64,000 nucleotides of DNA. Source: Sulfurihydrogenibium subterraneum DSM 15120. GTDB lineage: Bacteria > Aquificota > Aquificia > Aquificales > Hydrogenothermaceae. Shown one piece after another: positions 62,760 through 64,000 of this stretch. Made by a program: the position numbers and the translations under genes. Within the stretch, counting starts at the first letter, position 1. The number at the start of each line of letters is the position of its first letter. The stretch covers positions 101,771 through 165,770 of the forward strand of contig NZ_JHUV01000009.1 in assembly GCF_000619805.1 (NCBI RefSeq). The letters are read 5' to 3'. The notes under the pieces were generated by a model, which was not told where the DNA came from, made no database searches, and saw only the letters and a program-made list of their open reading frames with translations.

Positions 62760-63257
62760 TTGATAAGAGGAAAAGTTTGGAAATTTAGAGATGACGTAGA
62801 TACAGACCAGATAATACCTGCAAGATACCTTGTTACAACAGACCCTAAAGAGCTTGCAAAACACGTTATGGAAGATGCAGACCCTACTTTTCCGTCAAAA
62901 GTGAAAGAAGGAGATATTTTGGTTGCAGGTAAAAACTTTGGTTGTGGTTCATCAAGGGAGCACGCTCCACTGGCTATAAAAGGAGCTGGCATATCAGCAG
63001 TAGTTGCAGAATCTTTTGCAAGAATATTTTTCAGAAATGCTATTAACTTAGGACTTTTGATAATAGAATCTCCAGAAGCTGCAAAAGAAGCTGACGAAGG
63101 AGATGTACTTGAAATAGATATAAACCAAGGTGTTATTAGAAACATTACCAAAGGAAAAGAGTATAAAATAAAACCACTTCCAGAAAACTTGCAAGCAATT
63201 TTAAAAACAGGTGGTTTAATGGAGTATGCAAAAGAAAGGATAAAGAATGCTTCATAA
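62760..63257 (+). CDS. leuD: 3-isopropylmalate dehydratase small subunit (aconitase-family swivel domain)
   Basis: IRGKVWKFRDDVDTDQIIPARYL is the LeuD signature. TTG start at 62760 after GGAGG; the upstream in-frame extension in the ORF track is probably not translated. Confidence 0.85.
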   Translation: MIRGKVWKFRDDVDTDQIIPARYLVTTDPKELAKHVMEDADPTFPSKVKEGDILVAGKNFGCGSSREHAPLAIKGAGISAVVAESFARIFFRNAINLGLLIIESPEAAKEADEGDVLEIDINQGVIRNITKGKEYKIKPLPENLQAILKTGGLMEYAKERIKNAS

Positions 63258-64000
63258 TTTAGTTGTACCTGTAGACCTTACAGATACAGGTAAAAAAGCT
63301 TTAGAAGTAGCGGTTAAAATCTCAAAAGAGTTTAACTCTAAAGTATGGATTATAACAGTTTTAGAAAAGCCAAACATTCCCTTTCTGCAGGATCTTCCAG
63401 AGGAAGAAAGAAATGCAATTTTATCTTTAAATGAAAAACTTAAAAGCAAAGCCATAGAAACCCTTGAAAGTTATAAGGAATATCTTAAAACTCAAGATGT
63501 AGATACAGAGTATAAAATATTAGAAGGTGATACAGTAGAAAGTATTTTGGACTTTTGTGAAACTATTGCTCCAGATTTAATTATAATGCCATCTCATCGA
63601 AAGTCAGATATAGAATTACAGGCTATAGGAAGTGTGTCTTTAAGGGTTGCGTCAAAGTCAAAATACCCAGTATTAGTTATAAAAGGGTCTTCTTTAAACT
63701 TTAATAAAATTGCTGTAGCTTACGACTTTTTACCATCTTCCCAAGAAGCTCTTGAATTTACACTTTCCTTATCAAAACATTTTGGTAGTAAAATAGTTGT
63801 TATACACGCAGACAATGACAGAAATTATTCTCACCTAAAATCTGTCCTTGAAAAAGTAAGACAGCACAAAATTGAAAAACTTCAGCAGTTGAAAAATCTC
63901 TATGAAAATATTGAAGTTTATCTAACAGAAGGAAGTCCTGATAAAGTAATTATAGAAAAAGCAGTAAAAGAAAACGCAGATTTAATAGTTGTAGGAAAAA
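63247..64000 (+). CDS. tandem universal stress protein (UspA) domain protein, 3' truncated at the window edge
   Basis: Two USP-like halves (LVVPVDLTD...VLVIKG and IAVAYDF...LIVVGK). The ATG overlaps the leuD stop. Confidence 0.8.
   Translation, partial: MLHNLVVPVDLTDTGKKALEVAVKISKEFNSKVWIITVLEKPNIPFLQDLPEEERNAILSLNEKLKSKAIETLESYKEYLKTQDVDTEYKILEGDTVESILDFCETIAPDLIIMPSHRKSDIELQAIGSVSLRVASKSKYPVLVIKGSSLNFNKIAVAYDFLPSSQEALEFTLSLSKHFGSKIVVIHADNDRNYSHLKSVLEKVRQHKIEKLQQLKNLYENIEVYLTEGSPDKVIIEKAVKENADLIVVGK

Overview
This is a low-GC, densely packed chromosomal window, probably from an Aquificae-type thermophile (Sulfurihydrogenibium/Persephonella-like). That placement is an impression from codon usage and gene content, not a database result. 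Most of it is housekeeping on both strands. In window order the identifiable genes are: cdaA (partial), thrS, mreBCD-mrdA-rodA, nfi, an OsmC-like gene, an archaeal-type SAM synthetase, rpsT, tRNA(CAU), tilS, ftsH, tatD, a family-4 UDG, glgA with a GalT-like gene, thiG, and nrdB-nrdA with an intein in nrdA. These are followed by a peroxiredoxin, two cytochrome c genes, an SPFH-family gene, cutA, murC, pncB, nadA, a ResA-like/CcdA pair, a histidine kinase with a sigma54-dependent response regulator, dcd, yceD-rpmF-plsX-fabH, miaB, purB, gatB, ahcY, thiL, trpS, leuD and a partial usp. Two accessory features stand out. The first, at 41338-43080, is an IS605/IS1341-like element. It encodes a 540-aa TnpB-like protein with a RuvC-I motif but no zinc-finger cysteines and apparent substitutions at the RuvC-II and RuvC-III catalytic positions, so it looks nuclease-dead. 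The second, at 56958-57231, is an internally deleted, MITE-like copy of the same element. It keeps the left end, the first ~40 nt of the ORF and the ~180-bp right end with its terminal hairpins. It lies 50 bp beyond the degenerate last repeat of a nine-repeat CRISPR array (56350-56907). The array has no cas genes in the window, follows tRNA-Ser(UGA), and runs in the same direction as the element. Together these resemble a TnpB-element/CRISPR juxtaposition of the kind proposed for the origin of type V systems, but any functional coupling is inference only.
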